Origin: an uncultured delta proteobacterium
GTDB taxonomy: Bacteria; Desulfobacterota; Binatia; JACPRU01
Assembly: GCA_963745025.1 (NCBI GenBank)
Contig: CAVUWD010000013.1
Location: forward strand, 160,001-224,000
Reading direction: 5' to 3'
Length of the DNA: 64,000 nucleotides
The position numbers and the translations under genes were made by a program. Under the pieces are notes generated by a model. The model saw only the letters and a program-made list of their open reading frames with translations, did not search any database and was not told the DNA's origin. This document shows positions 51,773 to 62,090 of the stretch, in pieces. Positions within the stretch are counted from its first letter, which is position 1. Every line of letters starts with the position of its first letter.

Positions 51773-52603
51773 TCAGCCCGGAGGCTCGCCCGCGATCTCG
51801 TCGAGGTCCACGATCTTGGAGCCGGGCGGCGGGGCGAACGAAAAAAGCTCGGGTGGAAAGTGGCCGTTCAGCGAGATCTCCGAATAACGTAGGTCGATCT
51901 TCGCCGACTGCTCGGGCACCTCGAAGCGCACTTCCCTCGGAATCGCCACACCCGAGACGGTCGTGTAGCTCGCATAGGTCGCCCTGTAGAGCACGTTCCC
52001 TTGCCGATCGGACTCTTCGGCTCGCACCGGGAAGAGCGTGTCCGGGTCGAACCAGACCGTCTGCGATCCGCCCTCGGCGACCGTCGCGGTCACGCGCCAA
52101 AGCCCCTGCGGCGGCTCGAAGGCGATCGACGGATGCCCGAGTCGCTGCCGCCCGGGCGGGAGGCCGATCAGCAGGTCGGCGACGTCGCGAAGAGCGAGCT
52201 CGAGGCGCGTGAAGCGCGCGAGATTGTCCTTGGTCGCCCTGCCCCGGTAGTACGTTCGCTCACCCCGGTGATACGCGGACAAGCGTTCGCCATCCGAAGC
52301 GATCTGCAGGGCGACGCCGAAGGCCGACATCATCTCGATGCGCAAGCGATCCGGCCGCTCGACGGCGACGATTTCCTTCACCGCGAGCTTGTCCTTGGGG
52401 CCAACGTAATGCATGTCGGCGAGAGCGCGAAACGAGTGGAGCGAGGCGGAGCGGTCGTCGACCGTGCCGAGAAGACCCTCCGCGGAGACCGCGGAGGGCG
52501 GCGCCGCGCGGGGTGGTGTTGGCCGCGCCCGCAGCGCCGTGCAGCCGGCGAGCAGCGCGACGACAGCAAGCGGCAGCAGCGGTCGAGCGTGAGCTCGGCT
52601 CAC
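51773..52603 (-). CDS. LolA/LolB-fold lipoprotein (DUF4292-like)
   Basis: Lipobox LLAGC, RPDRLRIE, C-terminal PELFSFAPPPG. Confidence 0.7.
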   Translation of the reverse strand: MSRAHARPLLPLAVVALLAGCTALRARPTPPRAAPPSAVSAEGLLGTVDDRSASLHSFRALADMHYVGPKDKLAVKEIVAVERPDRLRIEMMSAFGVALQIASDGERLSAYHRGERTYYRGRATKDNLARFTRLELALRDVADLLIGLPPGRQRLGHPSIAFEPPQGLWRVTATVAEGGSQTVWFDPDTLFPVRAEESDRQGNVLYRATYASYTTVSGVAIPREVRFEVPEQSAKIDLRYSEISLNGHFPPELFSFAPPPGSKIVDLDEIAGEPPG

Positions 52604-54357
52604 GCGCCGGTCAGATACTGCTCGACCACGCTGATCTTCCGCTTCAGCCGCTCCATCTGGTCGGCGTCCTTGGAGCGGGCGAGCGCATCACGGTAGATGC
52701 GCAGGGCGTCCGCCCGTCGTCCGAGCTTCCGGTATGCGTCCGCCAGGTGCTCCGTCACGGTCGGGTCCTCGCCGGCGAGCTCGATCGCGTGCTCGAGCTG
52801 CTCGACCGCCTTCTTGAAGTCGCCGCGCTGGTAGTAGACCCACGCGAGGCTATCGAGATAGAAGCCGTCGTTCGGCTCGAGGGCGATCGCCTGACGGATC
52901 AATTTCTCCGCCTTGTCGAGATCCACGCCGATCTCCGCCCATGTATAGCCGAGGTAATTCAACGCCGCGGCGTTCTTGGGATTCAGCTCGATCGCCTTCT
53001 CCATCGCGCCGATGGCTTCTTCCTTTTGCTTGCTCTCGTCGTAGACCGCGCCGAGCGTAAACCAGAGCTTGTCGTTGTTCGGCTCGAGCTCCACGGTCCG
53101 TTTGAGCACGGCGATGGCCGAGTCGTTGTCCTTCTTCTCGCGGTAAAGCGAAGCGAGGAATCCAAGCAGATCGACCGAATCCTTCTTGATCTCGAGAGCG
53201 CGCTTGATCTCGACGATTGCCTCGTCGGTCTTCTCGTCCCGCTGCTTCACATAGGCCGAGTGGATCCGAGAATCGACGTAGTAATCCGAGGTCGCCGGGA
53301 TCTGATCGAACTCGCCGGCGGCCTTCTGGTACTCCTTGTTTTCCGCATAGACTGCGCCGAGATAGTACCGCACGCGGTCGTTCTGGGGCTCGGCCGCGAG
53401 CACGAGGTTCAGCTCGGTCGCCGCTTTGTCGTAATCGCCCTTCTCGAAGTAGATGAGCCCGATCTTGACGCGCGCCTCTTGCGGATCGTTCTCGATCTTC
53501 TCGAGTTCGCGGAACTGCTCGAGCGCGTTGTCGAGCTTCTTCGCGCCGACGTAGAGGCCGGCGAGACGCTTGCGCGCGACGGTGCTCCGCGGGTTCATGG
53601 CGAGCACCTTCTGATAGATCTCGACCGCCTTGTCGGTTCGCTTCTGCATCTCGTAGACAAGCGCGAGGTCGAGCAGCACGAGCTCCGACTGCGGATTGAG
53701 TTGCAGCGCCTGCTGGTAGAACGCCTCGGCTGCGTCGAAGCGCTGCGCGGCGGCGTTCACGCGACCGAGGTAGTAGTAGCCGAGGATCGAGTTCGGGTTC
53801 AGCGCGATCAGCTTCTGAAGCGTCTCGACCGCCTGCTCGGACTTCCCCTGCTTTCCGTAGAGCGCACCGAGGTAGAGGTAGGCCTCCTGGTTCTCGGGGT
53901 CGAACTCGAGCACCTTCTCGTACGCCGCGATCGAGCCGGCCTCGTCTCCGGTGGACGAGAGCAGGCCGGCGAAGAGCAATCGGGCGTCGGTGTTCTTGGG
54001 ATCTTGTTCGACGACCTTGCGGCATTGCTCGAGCGCCTTGTCGAGCATGCCCTTGCGCACGTAGAGCGTCGCCAGGCGCAAGCGCAGCATCGGCGTTTCG
54101 GGATCTTCCTGGACCGCCGCCTCGTATTCCCCAAGCGCGGCGTCGTAGTCGTTCTGGTTGAGCGCGATCTGGCCCTTGAGGAAATGGCCGAGCGCGCGAT
54201 CGTCGGACGTGAGCGCCGTCGGCTGCGCGGTGAGCGCGGCTGTCGCGGGTGACCAACCCTGCAACGCGGGTTGCGGCGTGCCCGCTCGCGGCTGGAGCGC
54301 GCAGGAGGCGAGGATCAAGAATGGGAGCAGAGACCAGATGCGGATGCGATCGTGCAT
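52600..54357 (-). CDS. TPR-repeat lipoprotein
   Basis: Lipobox LASC, many TPR repeats, ALNYLGYTWAE, YLDSLAWVYY. Confidence 0.88.
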   Translation of the reverse strand: MHDRIRIWSLLPFLILASCALQPRAGTPQPALQGWSPATAALTAQPTALTSDDRALGHFLKGQIALNQNDYDAALGEYEAAVQEDPETPMLRLRLATLYVRKGMLDKALEQCRKVVEQDPKNTDARLLFAGLLSSTGDEAGSIAAYEKVLEFDPENQEAYLYLGALYGKQGKSEQAVETLQKLIALNPNSILGYYYLGRVNAAAQRFDAAEAFYQQALQLNPQSELVLLDLALVYEMQKRTDKAVEIYQKVLAMNPRSTVARKRLAGLYVGAKKLDNALEQFRELEKIENDPQEARVKIGLIYFEKGDYDKAATELNLVLAAEPQNDRVRYYLGAVYAENKEYQKAAGEFDQIPATSDYYVDSRIHSAYVKQRDEKTDEAIVEIKRALEIKKDSVDLLGFLASLYREKKDNDSAIAVLKRTVELEPNNDKLWFTLGAVYDESKQKEEAIGAMEKAIELNPKNAAALNYLGYTWAEIGVDLDKAEKLIRQAIALEPNDGFYLDSLAWVYYQRGDFKKAVEQLEHAIELAGEDPTVTEHLADAYRKLGRRADALRIYRDALARSKDADQMERLKRKISVVEQYLTGA

Positions 54358-54379
54358 GGATTGGGCGGCGAAGGGCGAT

Positions 54380-54826
54380 TCAGGTCGCGAACCGCTCGCG
54401 CGCGGGGGGTGGCCCCCCTTGCTGAGGGCCGATCCAGATCTCTCCACCGCGGTAGTGCTCCTTCTTCCAGATCGGCACGATTTCCTTGAGGCGATCGATC
54501 GCGAAGCGACACGCGGCGAACGCGGCGTCACGGTGGGCCGCGGACACCGCAATCGCGACGCTCGTTTCGCCAATCTCGACGACGCCTACACGGTGGACGA
54601 TGGCGACTGCCTTGGCGGAGAATCGCTCGATCGCCTGGTCGCCGATCCGCCGCATCTCGCGAAGCGCCATCTCCGGATACGCTTCGTACTCGAGACGGAT
54701 CACTTGCCGCCCGGCATTGTGATCGCGCGTGGTGCCGAGAAAGGTCGCGATCGCGCCCGCGTCCGGTCTGCCGACGGCGACGATCAAGCGGGAGAGCTCG
54801 ATCGGATGTTCGACGACTTCAAACAT
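54380..54826 (-). CDS. moaE: Molybdopterin synthase catalytic subunit
   Basis: GAIATFLGTTR, LEYEAYPEMA, HRVG, PIWKKE. Confidence 0.93.
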   Translation of the reverse strand: MFEVVEHPIELSRLIVAVGRPDAGAIATFLGTTRDHNAGRQVIRLEYEAYPEMALREMRRIGDQAIERFSAKAVAIVHRVGVVEIGETSVAIAVSAAHRDAAFAACRFAIDRLKEIVPIWKKEHYRGGEIWIGPQQGGPPPARERFAT

Positions 54827-55082
54827 GGCATCGCGGGCACCCGCCGCTCACCGGGGGAATGAACGCAATCTCGTCATTATCTTGGAGGGTCCTTTTGCTG
54901 TCAACGTACTCCTGGTTGACGGCGAAGGCGACGGCGCCGCGAAACTCCGCCAGCCGGGGGCGTTCGCGGCGGAGATCGTCCCAGAGCGCGCCGACGGTGG
55001 TCGGCCGAGCAAGCTCGCGGGTGAGCTCCGAGGCTCCCGCGCGCTCGCGCAACGCCGCAAAGAAGCGAAGCCGAACCCGCAC
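54819..55082 (-). CDS. moaD: Molybdopterin synthase sulfur carrier
   Basis: FFAALRE, AVNQEY, PPVSGG (followed by a 6-aa extension CPRCHV). Confidence 0.88.
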   Translation of the reverse strand: MRVRLRFFAALRERAGASELTRELARPTTVGALWDDLRRERPRLAEFRGAVAFAVNQEYVDSKRTLQDNDEIAFIPPVSGGCPRCHV

Positions 55083-55084
55083 GG

Positions 55085-55588
55085 CTATCCCTCAAGCAGA
55101 CCGAGCGCGTGGCCGAGCTCGGGAAGCGCGAGCTTCTGCATGGCGAGCTCGACGGCAGCGGTCGAGCCCGGCATCGAGAACAGGATCTTGCCCGCGACGA
55201 TTCCCGCGGTGGCCCGCGACAGCATCGCCGCCGCGCCGATCTCCGCGTAGCTGAGCATGCGGAAGAGCTCGCCGAAGCCCTCGATCTCCTTCTCGAACAG
55301 CTCGCGCACGGCTTCGAAGGTCGTGTCGCGCGGCGCGATCCCAGTGCCGCCGGAAAGAAAGATCGCCTGGATGCTGGAGTCGGCGAAGAGGGGCTGCAGC
55401 GCGTCGCGGATTCGCAAGGGATCGTCAGGAACGATCGTGTAGGCGAGAACCTGGTGGCCGGCGCCGGCGAGCAGCTCCTTGAGTCGCGCTCCGCTCTTAT
55501 CGTCCGCCTCCGTGCGGGTGTCGCTGATCGTCAAGACCGCGCACCTCGCGCGCTGCTTACCTTTGCGGTGATGCTCCCCAACGCTCAT
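55085..55588 (-). CDS. moaB: Molybdenum cofactor biosynthesis protein B
   Basis: LTISDTR..DKSG, SGGTGIAPRDTT, GFGELFR, AAMLSRA, MPGS. Confidence 0.9.
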   Translation of the reverse strand: MSVGEHHRKGKQRARCAVLTISDTRTEADDKSGARLKELLAGAGHQVLAYTIVPDDPLRIRDALQPLFADSSIQAIFLSGGTGIAPRDTTFEAVRELFEKEIEGFGELFRMLSYAEIGAAAMLSRATAGIVAGKILFSMPGSTAAVELAMQKLALPELGHALGLLEG

Positions 55589-55650
55589 CGGAGAAATCGT
55601 ATCAGCCAAGCCGCGCCGCGCAAGCCGATTCGCGAGGCTCGCGGCAGGAT

Positions 55651-55855
55651 CGCTGCGAATTCCGAGAAGCGCTGGAGTTTCCGGTCGGGACGTACTTGGC
55701 CCGACCGGAAACTCCAGCCACCGCGCGGAGCGCGGAAAACAATAACCCACGGAAGTGGTCTATCGCCTTCCGCGCTTGCGCGCGGTTGCGGTCGGTTTGC
55801 ATCGACCCGAGTACGGCTCGATGCAAACCGACCGCGCACTGCGGATTGCCGAGCG
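55651..55855. other. 205-bp structured inverted element: two homologous 48-nt hairpins flanking a central long hairpin
   Basis: Hairpins at 55671-55718 and 55788-55835 with CGTACT loops; central stem 55721-55785. Confidence 0.8.
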
Positions 55856-55895
55856 TGCTAATGAAACTGAAGGCCTTCCGGACCAGGTCGCCTCG

Positions 55896-57661
55896 CTACC
55901 GTCCGGCCGTCACTCTCCGCGCCAGCGCTTCGTGCTCCTCGCGGATGGCCCGCGGAAGATGATCGCCGAATTTCTCGAAGTACTCACGCTGGCCGTGCAC
56001 GGCTTCGATCCAGTCGGCGCGATCGACCCGCAGAACCTCGCGCATCGCGTCGCCCGAGAGGTCGAGGCCCTCGCTATCGATGGCCTTCTGCGTTGGAACG
56101 TAGCCGATCGGGGTTTCCTCCCCCGATCCGCCTCCCCGGCAGCGGTCGAGCACCCACTCGAGGACGCGCAGGTTCTCGCCGAAGCCCGGCCAGAGAAACT
56201 TGCCGTTTTCCCCCGTGCGGAACCAGTTCACACGGAAGATCTTGGGCGGGTTCGACGTGCGGCGACCCATGTCGAGCCAGTGCGCCCAGTAGTCGGCCAT
56301 GTTGTAGCCGCAGAACGGGACCATCGCCATGGGATCTCGTCGCAGGACACCGACCTTGCCGACTGCCGCCGCGGTCGTCTCCGACGCGAGGGTTGCGCCG
56401 AGGAAGGTGCCGTGCTGCCAGTCGAACGACTGGTATACCAGTGGCACGACGCGCTGCCGCCGCGCACCGAATAGAATGGCGCTGATCGGTACGCCCTTCG
56501 GATTTTCCCACTCCGGCGAGATCACGGGACACTGCGAGGCCGGCGCCGTGAACCGGCTGTTCGGGTGCGCTGCAACCTGCCCGCCGGAAGCGTGCCAGGG
56601 CTTCCCTTGCCAATCCAGCATGCCGTCGCCGGGCGGATCGTCGTGACCCTCCCACCACACCGTGCCGTCGGGCTTGAGGGCGACGTTGGTAAAGATCGCA
56701 TTGTGGTTGATCGTCGCCATCGCGTTGCGGTTGGTCTTCGTTCCGGTGCCCGGCGCCACGCCGAAAAATCCAGCCTCGGGATTCACCGCCCACAGCCGCC
56801 CGTCGTCGCCGATGCGGAGCCAAGCGATGTCGTCGCCGACGGTCCACACCTTCCACCCTCTGGCCGCCAATGGAGCGGGCGGCACCAGCATCGCCAGGTT
56901 GGTCTTGCCGCATGCGGAAGGAAACGCCGCCGTGACGTAGTGGATGTCGCCGTCGGGTGTCTGGACCCCGAGGATCAGCATGTGCTCCGCCATCCACCCT
57001 TCCTTCCAGCCGAGGTAGGAGGCGATGCGCAGCGCGAGGCACTTCTTGCCGAGGAGAGCGTTGCCGCCGTAGCCGGAGCCGATCGACCAGATTTCGTTGT
57101 CTTGCGGGAAAGTGCAGGATGTAGCGGCGATCCGGGGACAGATCCCCGAGCGAGTGCAGGCAGCGGGTGAAGTCGGACCCGGTGCCGAGCTCGCGCCAGC
57201 GCGATCGTCCCCATGCGGGTCATGATCCGCATGTTGAGCACCACGTAGATGCTGTCCGTGATCTCGACCCCCACCTTGGCGAAGGGCGAGCCGGCCGGTC
57301 CCATGAGGAACGGGACGACGTACATCGTCCGCCCACGCATCGAGCCCTCGAACAGCTTCCCGACCTTGTCGCGCGCCTCGCCGGGATCCATCCAGTTGTT
57401 GGTGGGACCCGACTCGTCCTTCGTCGGCGTACAGATGAAGGTGAGATGCTCGGTGCGCGCCACGTCCGACGGATGGCTACGGTGCAGATAGCAACCGGGA
57501 AGCTTTTGCGGGTTCAACCGAATCAGCTCTCCCCGCCGGACCGCCTCTTGCGTGAGGCGTTCCTTTTCCGCCTCCGAGCCGTCGCACCACACCACGGCAT
57601 CGGGCTTGGTTCTCGCTGCGATCTCGGTGACCCACCTCTCGACAGCTGCGTTCTCGCTCAT
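55896..57661 (-). CDS. pckG: Phosphoenolpyruvate carboxykinase (GTP); two frameshifts near 57195 and 57105
   Basis: [64 protein letters not shown]. Confidence 0.93.
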
Positions 57662-57781
57662 GGGTTGGGAGTCTAGCGCAAATGGCAGAGGGTGTTGAAG
57701 ATGGCGTGTGCTCGTGGGAGTGGACCCGCTCCCGCGCCTGTTTCGCTCGGTTCGAGCATTCGATATGCTGTTTGTTTACCC

Positions 57782-59116
57782 ATGGGCCGGCGCGTCTACC
57801 TCGAAACCTACGGCTGCCAGATGAATCTGGCGGACAGCGAGATCGTGCTCGGCCATCTCGGCCGTCATGGCTTCGTCGAGGCGGGCTCGGAGCTGGAGGC
57901 GGACATCATTCTGCTGAACACGTGCGCGATCCGCGAGCACGCCGAGGAGCGCGTCGTCGGGCGGCTCACCCAGCTCCTGCCGCTGAAGCTTCGCGATCCG
58001 CGCGTGAAAATGGGCGTCCTCGGCTGCATGGCCCAGCATCACCGCGCGCACCTGCTCGACCGTCTGCCGTTTCTCGATTTCGTGCTCGGCCCGGACGAAT
58101 ACCGGCGGCTGCCGGCGATTCTCGAGCGGCAAGGCTTCGACGATCCGACGATCGAGGTTCGGCTCGGCCGCGAGGAGACCTATGCGGACGTGGCGCCGGC
58201 GCGTCGCGACGGCGTGCGCGCGTGGGTGAGCGTCATGCGCGGCTGCGACAAGTTCTGCAGCTTCTGCATCGTCCCCTACGTCCGCGGACGGGAGCGGAGC
58301 CTGCCGCTACCGCTGCTTCTCGGGCAGGTGAGCGAAGCCGCGCGCGCGGGCTTTCGCGAGGTCGTATTCCTCGGCCAGACCGTCAACGCGTACCGCGACG
58401 GCGATCTCGATTTTGCCGACCTGCTACGCGCCGCGGCGCGCGTGGCGGGCATCCTACGGGTCCGCTTCACCTCGCCACACCCGAGCGGCATGACCGAACG
58501 AATCCTCGAGGTCATCGCCAGCGAAGAGACGATCTGCCCGCAGGTTCACCTGCCGCTGCAATCGGCGTCCAATCGCGTGCTCGAGCGCATGGAGCGTGGC
58601 TACACGATCGAGCAGTACGACCGTTTGCTCGAGCGACTGCGCCGCGCCAGGCCGGGAATCGAGTTCTCGACCGACATCATCGTCGGCTTTCCAGGCGAGA
58701 CCGAGCACGACTTCCAAACGACCGTGGATTACCTGCACCACGCGGGCTACGACCACGCATTCTCGTTCGCGTATTCGCCGCGGGAGGGAACCCGCGCGGC
58801 GCGCTGGCCGGAGACCGTCGATCGCGAGGAGAAGCGCCGGCGGCTGCAAGCCGTCATCGAGCTTCAGGAACGGATCTCCCTGGAGCGGAGCCGCGCCTGG
58901 TGCGGGCGAGCGGTCGAGGTGCTGGTGGAGGGACCTGCCAAGCGAGGGCAGGGTTGGCTCTCCGGAAAGAGTGCGCAATTCAAGACGACGGTCTTTCCAT
59001 CGACTCGACATGCCCCGGGCGACCTGGTCTCGGTCGGGGTGCGTGACGCGACCGCCCACACGCTCATCGGAGAGGTCGCAGACGGCCCGCGTCTGGAGCC
59101 TTCCGCGAATGCGTAG
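57782..59116 (+). CDS. miaB: tRNA methylthiotransferase MiaB
   Basis: TYGCQMN..DSE, LNTCAIRE, GCDKFCSFCIVP, DIIVGFPGET, TRAM domain. Confidence 0.93.
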   Translation: MGRRVYLETYGCQMNLADSEIVLGHLGRHGFVEAGSELEADIILLNTCAIREHAEERVVGRLTQLLPLKLRDPRVKMGVLGCMAQHHRAHLLDRLPFLDFVLGPDEYRRLPAILERQGFDDPTIEVRLGREETYADVAPARRDGVRAWVSVMRGCDKFCSFCIVPYVRGRERSLPLPLLLGQVSEAARAGFREVVFLGQTVNAYRDGDLDFADLLRAAARVAGILRVRFTSPHPSGMTERILEVIASEETICPQVHLPLQSASNRVLERMERGYTIEQYDRLLERLRRARPGIEFSTDIIVGFPGETEHDFQTTVDYLHHAGYDHAFSFAYSPREGTRAARWPETVDREEKRRRLQAVIELQERISLERSRAWCGRAVEVLVEGPAKRGQGWLSGKSAQFKTTVFPSTRHAPGDLVSVGVRDATAHTLIGEVADGPRLEPSANA

Positions 59117-59774
59117 CCTCGCGAAGCGCTCCATGTCGGCGATTGCCGCTTCGCTGGCGCTTGTGGCAGCCAGTTCCTGTGCGGCCGTTCCTTCGGTCGG
59201 AGGGAAGCCGCCTTTGTTTTCCGGTAGCGGCAACGTGCAGAGGATCGACTTCGAGGACGGCGCCCTGCACGAGCCGCCCGAAGGCTTCGAGACGCGCCTC
59301 GGACGCTGGTCGGTCGCCGACTCGCCGACCGCGGCCTCGGGCACGCAAGTCCTGGTGCGCGGCGGCGACGGCGCCGCGGTGCTGGTCCTGAAGGATGCGG
59401 CGGGCGTGGCCGCCGCCGCTGGCGAGGTGGCGGTACGCGTGTTCCTGGGCACCTCGGGAGCGGGCATCTGGTGTGATGCCGATCAGGGAAACGGGGGATA
59501 CCTGTTGAAGCTCGAGCCCGACGCGCACCGGATTGCGCTGTACCGCAAGTCGGGCGACTCGATGACGGCGGTCGATCAGGCTACGGTATCCGCGCAAAAA
59601 GGCGAGTGGACCCGGCTCGGCATCCTCTGCGAGAACGATCGCGTGATCGGCTATCTCGACGGAACGCCGGCGGTGATGAATCGTGGGCCGATGTCGGCGT
59701 TCGATCTTGCGCTCTACGCCGATCCCGGCGTGACGGTTCAGTTCGACGATTTCAAGTACTGGGCGGCCCGCTAG
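59109..59774 (+). CDS. Hypothetical lipoprotein, concanavalin/DUF1080-like beta-sandwich
   Basis: Signal ending ASSC; GRWSV, GGYLLKL, EWTRLGI, GYLDG, VQFDDF. Confidence 0.55.
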   Translation: MRSLAKRSMSAIAASLALVAASSCAAVPSVGGKPPLFSGSGNVQRIDFEDGALHEPPEGFETRLGRWSVADSPTAASGTQVLVRGGDGAAVLVLKDAAGVAAAAGEVAVRVFLGTSGAGIWCDADQGNGGYLLKLEPDAHRIALYRKSGDSMTAVDQATVSAQKGEWTRLGILCENDRVIGYLDGTPAVMNRGPMSAFDLALYADPGVTVQFDDFKYWAAR

Positions 59775-59787
59775 CGGGTCGGTCGTA

Positions 59788-60249
59788 TCACCCGGCGACG
59801 ATCTCGACGGCGGCGAAGTCGCGCCGCTCGGGATCCCAGGCGACGGCGAGATGGTCGCGGACGCCACCGTCGACGACGGAGACGACGAGGTAGAAAGTCC
59901 CCGGGTAGGCGGGCTCGTCCCATGCCATGGCGCGTGCCTTGTCCTCGGCGGAGAAGTACGCGTCGTGATCGGGATGAGAATGGTAGAGGACGCGGAGCGG
60001 GCGGTTCCGCTCCTCGGTCTCGCGAAGCACGGAGTAGAGCTCCTTCGGATCCATGAAATAGGCGGTGCGAGCATCGCGCGGATGCTTGCTGGGATCCTCG
60101 GAGTGCAGGCGGTCCTGGATGTTGGTGATCCGCCGCACGATCTCACGCCTATCCTCGGCGAGCACTGCTCCGCAGCATTCGTTCGGATAGGACTCCGCAG
60201 CGTGGCGGTCGATGTCCTCGAGCGTCGACTGGCGAAGGCGAAGCACCAC
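59788..60249 (-). CDS. JAB/MPN+ (M67) metallopeptidase
   Basis: HAAESYPNECCG, YHSHPDHDAYFSAED. Confidence 0.88.
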   Translation of the reverse strand: MVLRLRQSTLEDIDRHAAESYPNECCGAVLAEDRREIVRRITNIQDRLHSEDPSKHPRDARTAYFMDPKELYSVLRETEERNRPLRVLYHSHPDHDAYFSAEDKARAMAWDEPAYPGTFYLVVSVVDGGVRDHLAVAWDPERRDFAAVEIVAG

Positions 60250-60620
60250 GCTCGGCTCTGTAGCGAACTTCGATCGCTGCAGGAAGCGAGCAGAGCAGAT
60301 CCTTCCTGGTGCCTCAGTCTTGGCTACGAAGCTCCGGTGGAGGGATAGCGGTGGATGTTCCCGTCGATCCGGGAAGGATCCGCTCCGCTTGCCACGCGAG
60401 ACGGAAGCGGCACGCGCTTCGGGCCTGCTCGCCAGCATGGAAGAGGCGGCGCGGTGGGCTCGCGCCTGGCGCAGGCCGCGTCACGAGCGCCAGGTGTACC
60501 ACGCTGCCGTCTCTTGGGGCATGAAAGGCTTCGAGAACGAAGCTCGTGGCGGACAAGCCAGGCGCGCGCTCGCCGCGTTCAGGTCACGGAGGAAATTTCG
60601 GATCGAGACTGAGTTCTGCT

Positions 60621-62090
60621 TCACTCGTGCAGGATCTCGTCTTTGGCGTTCCACCATCCGCCGCCGAGCGCCACGAAGAGAGCCACGCTATCCTGCAAAA
60701 CGTGGGCCCGTCCCCCAATGCTCGCGATCATCGCCTGATTCTGTTGGACGTCGCTGATCAAGACCTCGAGATAGTTGGCCACCCCTGATTGATAGTTCAC
60801 CGAGGTCAGCCGCAGCGCTTCATGCGCTGTCGCTTCTTGCCGCGCCTGCGCTTCGACCTGCTGTGCGTCGTGCTCCAACGCGCGGAGCAAGTCGGCGACT
60901 TGGGCGAGGCCGGTAAGGACCGTCTGGCGATACGTGGCGAACGACTGCTCGTAGCTGTCGATCGCGGAGCGGCGCTTGAACCAGAGAGCGCCGCCGTGGA
61001 ACAGCGGCGCGGCGAGCTGCGCACCGTAGAGCCAGATCGCGTTCGGCCCGGCAAAGAGCGGCGACGGGGATGTGTTGCTCCAGCCGTAGGTGCCCGTCAA
61101 CGTGAGGTGGGGGTAGAGTGCTGCCGTGGCGACGCCGATCTGGGCGCTTGCCTGGTGCAGCTGCGCCTCGGCTGCGAGGATGTCGGGGCGTTGCTGTACG
61201 AGCTCGGATGGCAGGGCCACCGGCACCTCGCGCGGCAGCTCGAGCGCGGTCAGCGTGACGGGAGGAGAGGCCCACGTGGCCGGCTCTTCCCCGAGCAGCG
61301 TCGCCAGCAGGTGCCGGGTCTCGGCGAGCTTCTGCTCGAGCGGCGGCAGTTGTGCCTCGGTGGCGGCGAGCTGCGTCTCGAGGACGAGCATGCTCGAGTA
61401 GGGGATCGTCCCGGCATCGGCCTGCGTCTGGAGGATATGGACTTGATCCCGCTCCGTGGCGATGAGCCTTTGCGTCGCATCGATCTGTGCCGCATAGGCG
61501 GCCTCGGCGATCGTCGCGTTCACGACGTTTCCGATCAGCGTGAGGTATGCCGCCGCGGTCTCGTACCTCTGAAAGTCGACCTGAGCGCCCTCGCTCTCTA
61601 CGGTCCGCCGCTCTTCGCCGAACACGTCGAGCGCATAGTCGACGGTCGCGGTCACCGTGTAGAGATCGAACGTTTGCCTCGGCACGGCGATCCCGGTGAA
61701 GGGATGCTGCCGCGACGCGGACGAGCCTGCGTCGATCTGCGGCAGGAACACCCCGTAGCCTGCGCTCAAGTCGTCCTTGCTCCGCCGTAGGCTTGCCCGC
61801 GCCGCCTGAAGGGTCGGATTCGCTGCAAGGGCTCGCTCGATCCGAGCCTGCAGCTCGGGGGAGTGAAAGAGTTGATACCAATCGGTCGGCACGACGGCTC
61901 CGGGTGCAAACCGTTGGCTGCGGCCATCGGCGAGGACGGTCTCCGGCGGAAGACCGCTCGGCGTGTATTGGGTCGTAGCCGGGGGCTTCGGCGATACGAA
62001 ATCCGGTCCCACGGCGCACCCGAATGCGAAAACGAGCGCCGCCGCCGCAAGGGCGGAGCGAAGCCTCCCGAGGTCATCGCGCGCGCACAT
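60621..62090 (-). CDS. Outer-membrane efflux lipoprotein (NodT/OprM type)
   Basis: FGCAVGPDF lipobox, LPSELVQQRPDILAAE, ALFVALGGGW. Confidence 0.9.
   Translation of the reverse strand: MCARDDLGRLRSALAAAALVFAFGCAVGPDFVSPKPPATTQYTPSGLPPETVLADGRSQRFAPGAVVPTDWYQLFHSPELQARIERALAANPTLQAARASLRRSKDDLSAGYGVFLPQIDAGSSASRQHPFTGIAVPRQTFDLYTVTATVDYALDVFGEERRTVESEGAQVDFQRYETAAAYLTLIGNVVNATIAEAAYAAQIDATQRLIATERDQVHILQTQADAGTIPYSSMLVLETQLAATEAQLPPLEQKLAETRHLLATLLGEEPATWASPPVTLTALELPREVPVALPSELVQQRPDILAAEAQLHQASAQIGVATAALYPHLTLTGTYGWSNTSPSPLFAGPNAIWLYGAQLAAPLFHGGALWFKRRSAIDSYEQSFATYRQTVLTGLAQVADLLRALEHDAQQVEAQARQEATAHEALRLTSVNYQSGVANYLEVLISDVQQNQAMIASIGGRAHVLQDSVALFVALGGGWWNAKDEILHE

Noticed and set aside
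55589-55860. Moco riboswitch upstream of moaBDE
   Set aside because: No resemblance to the Moco RNA motif as I know it, and moaB appears to have its own -10 box 7 nt before its ATG.
60250-60620. ORFs or ncRNA between the JAB gene and the efflux operon
   Set aside because: No recognisable protein motif and only short hairpins; nothing I can support.
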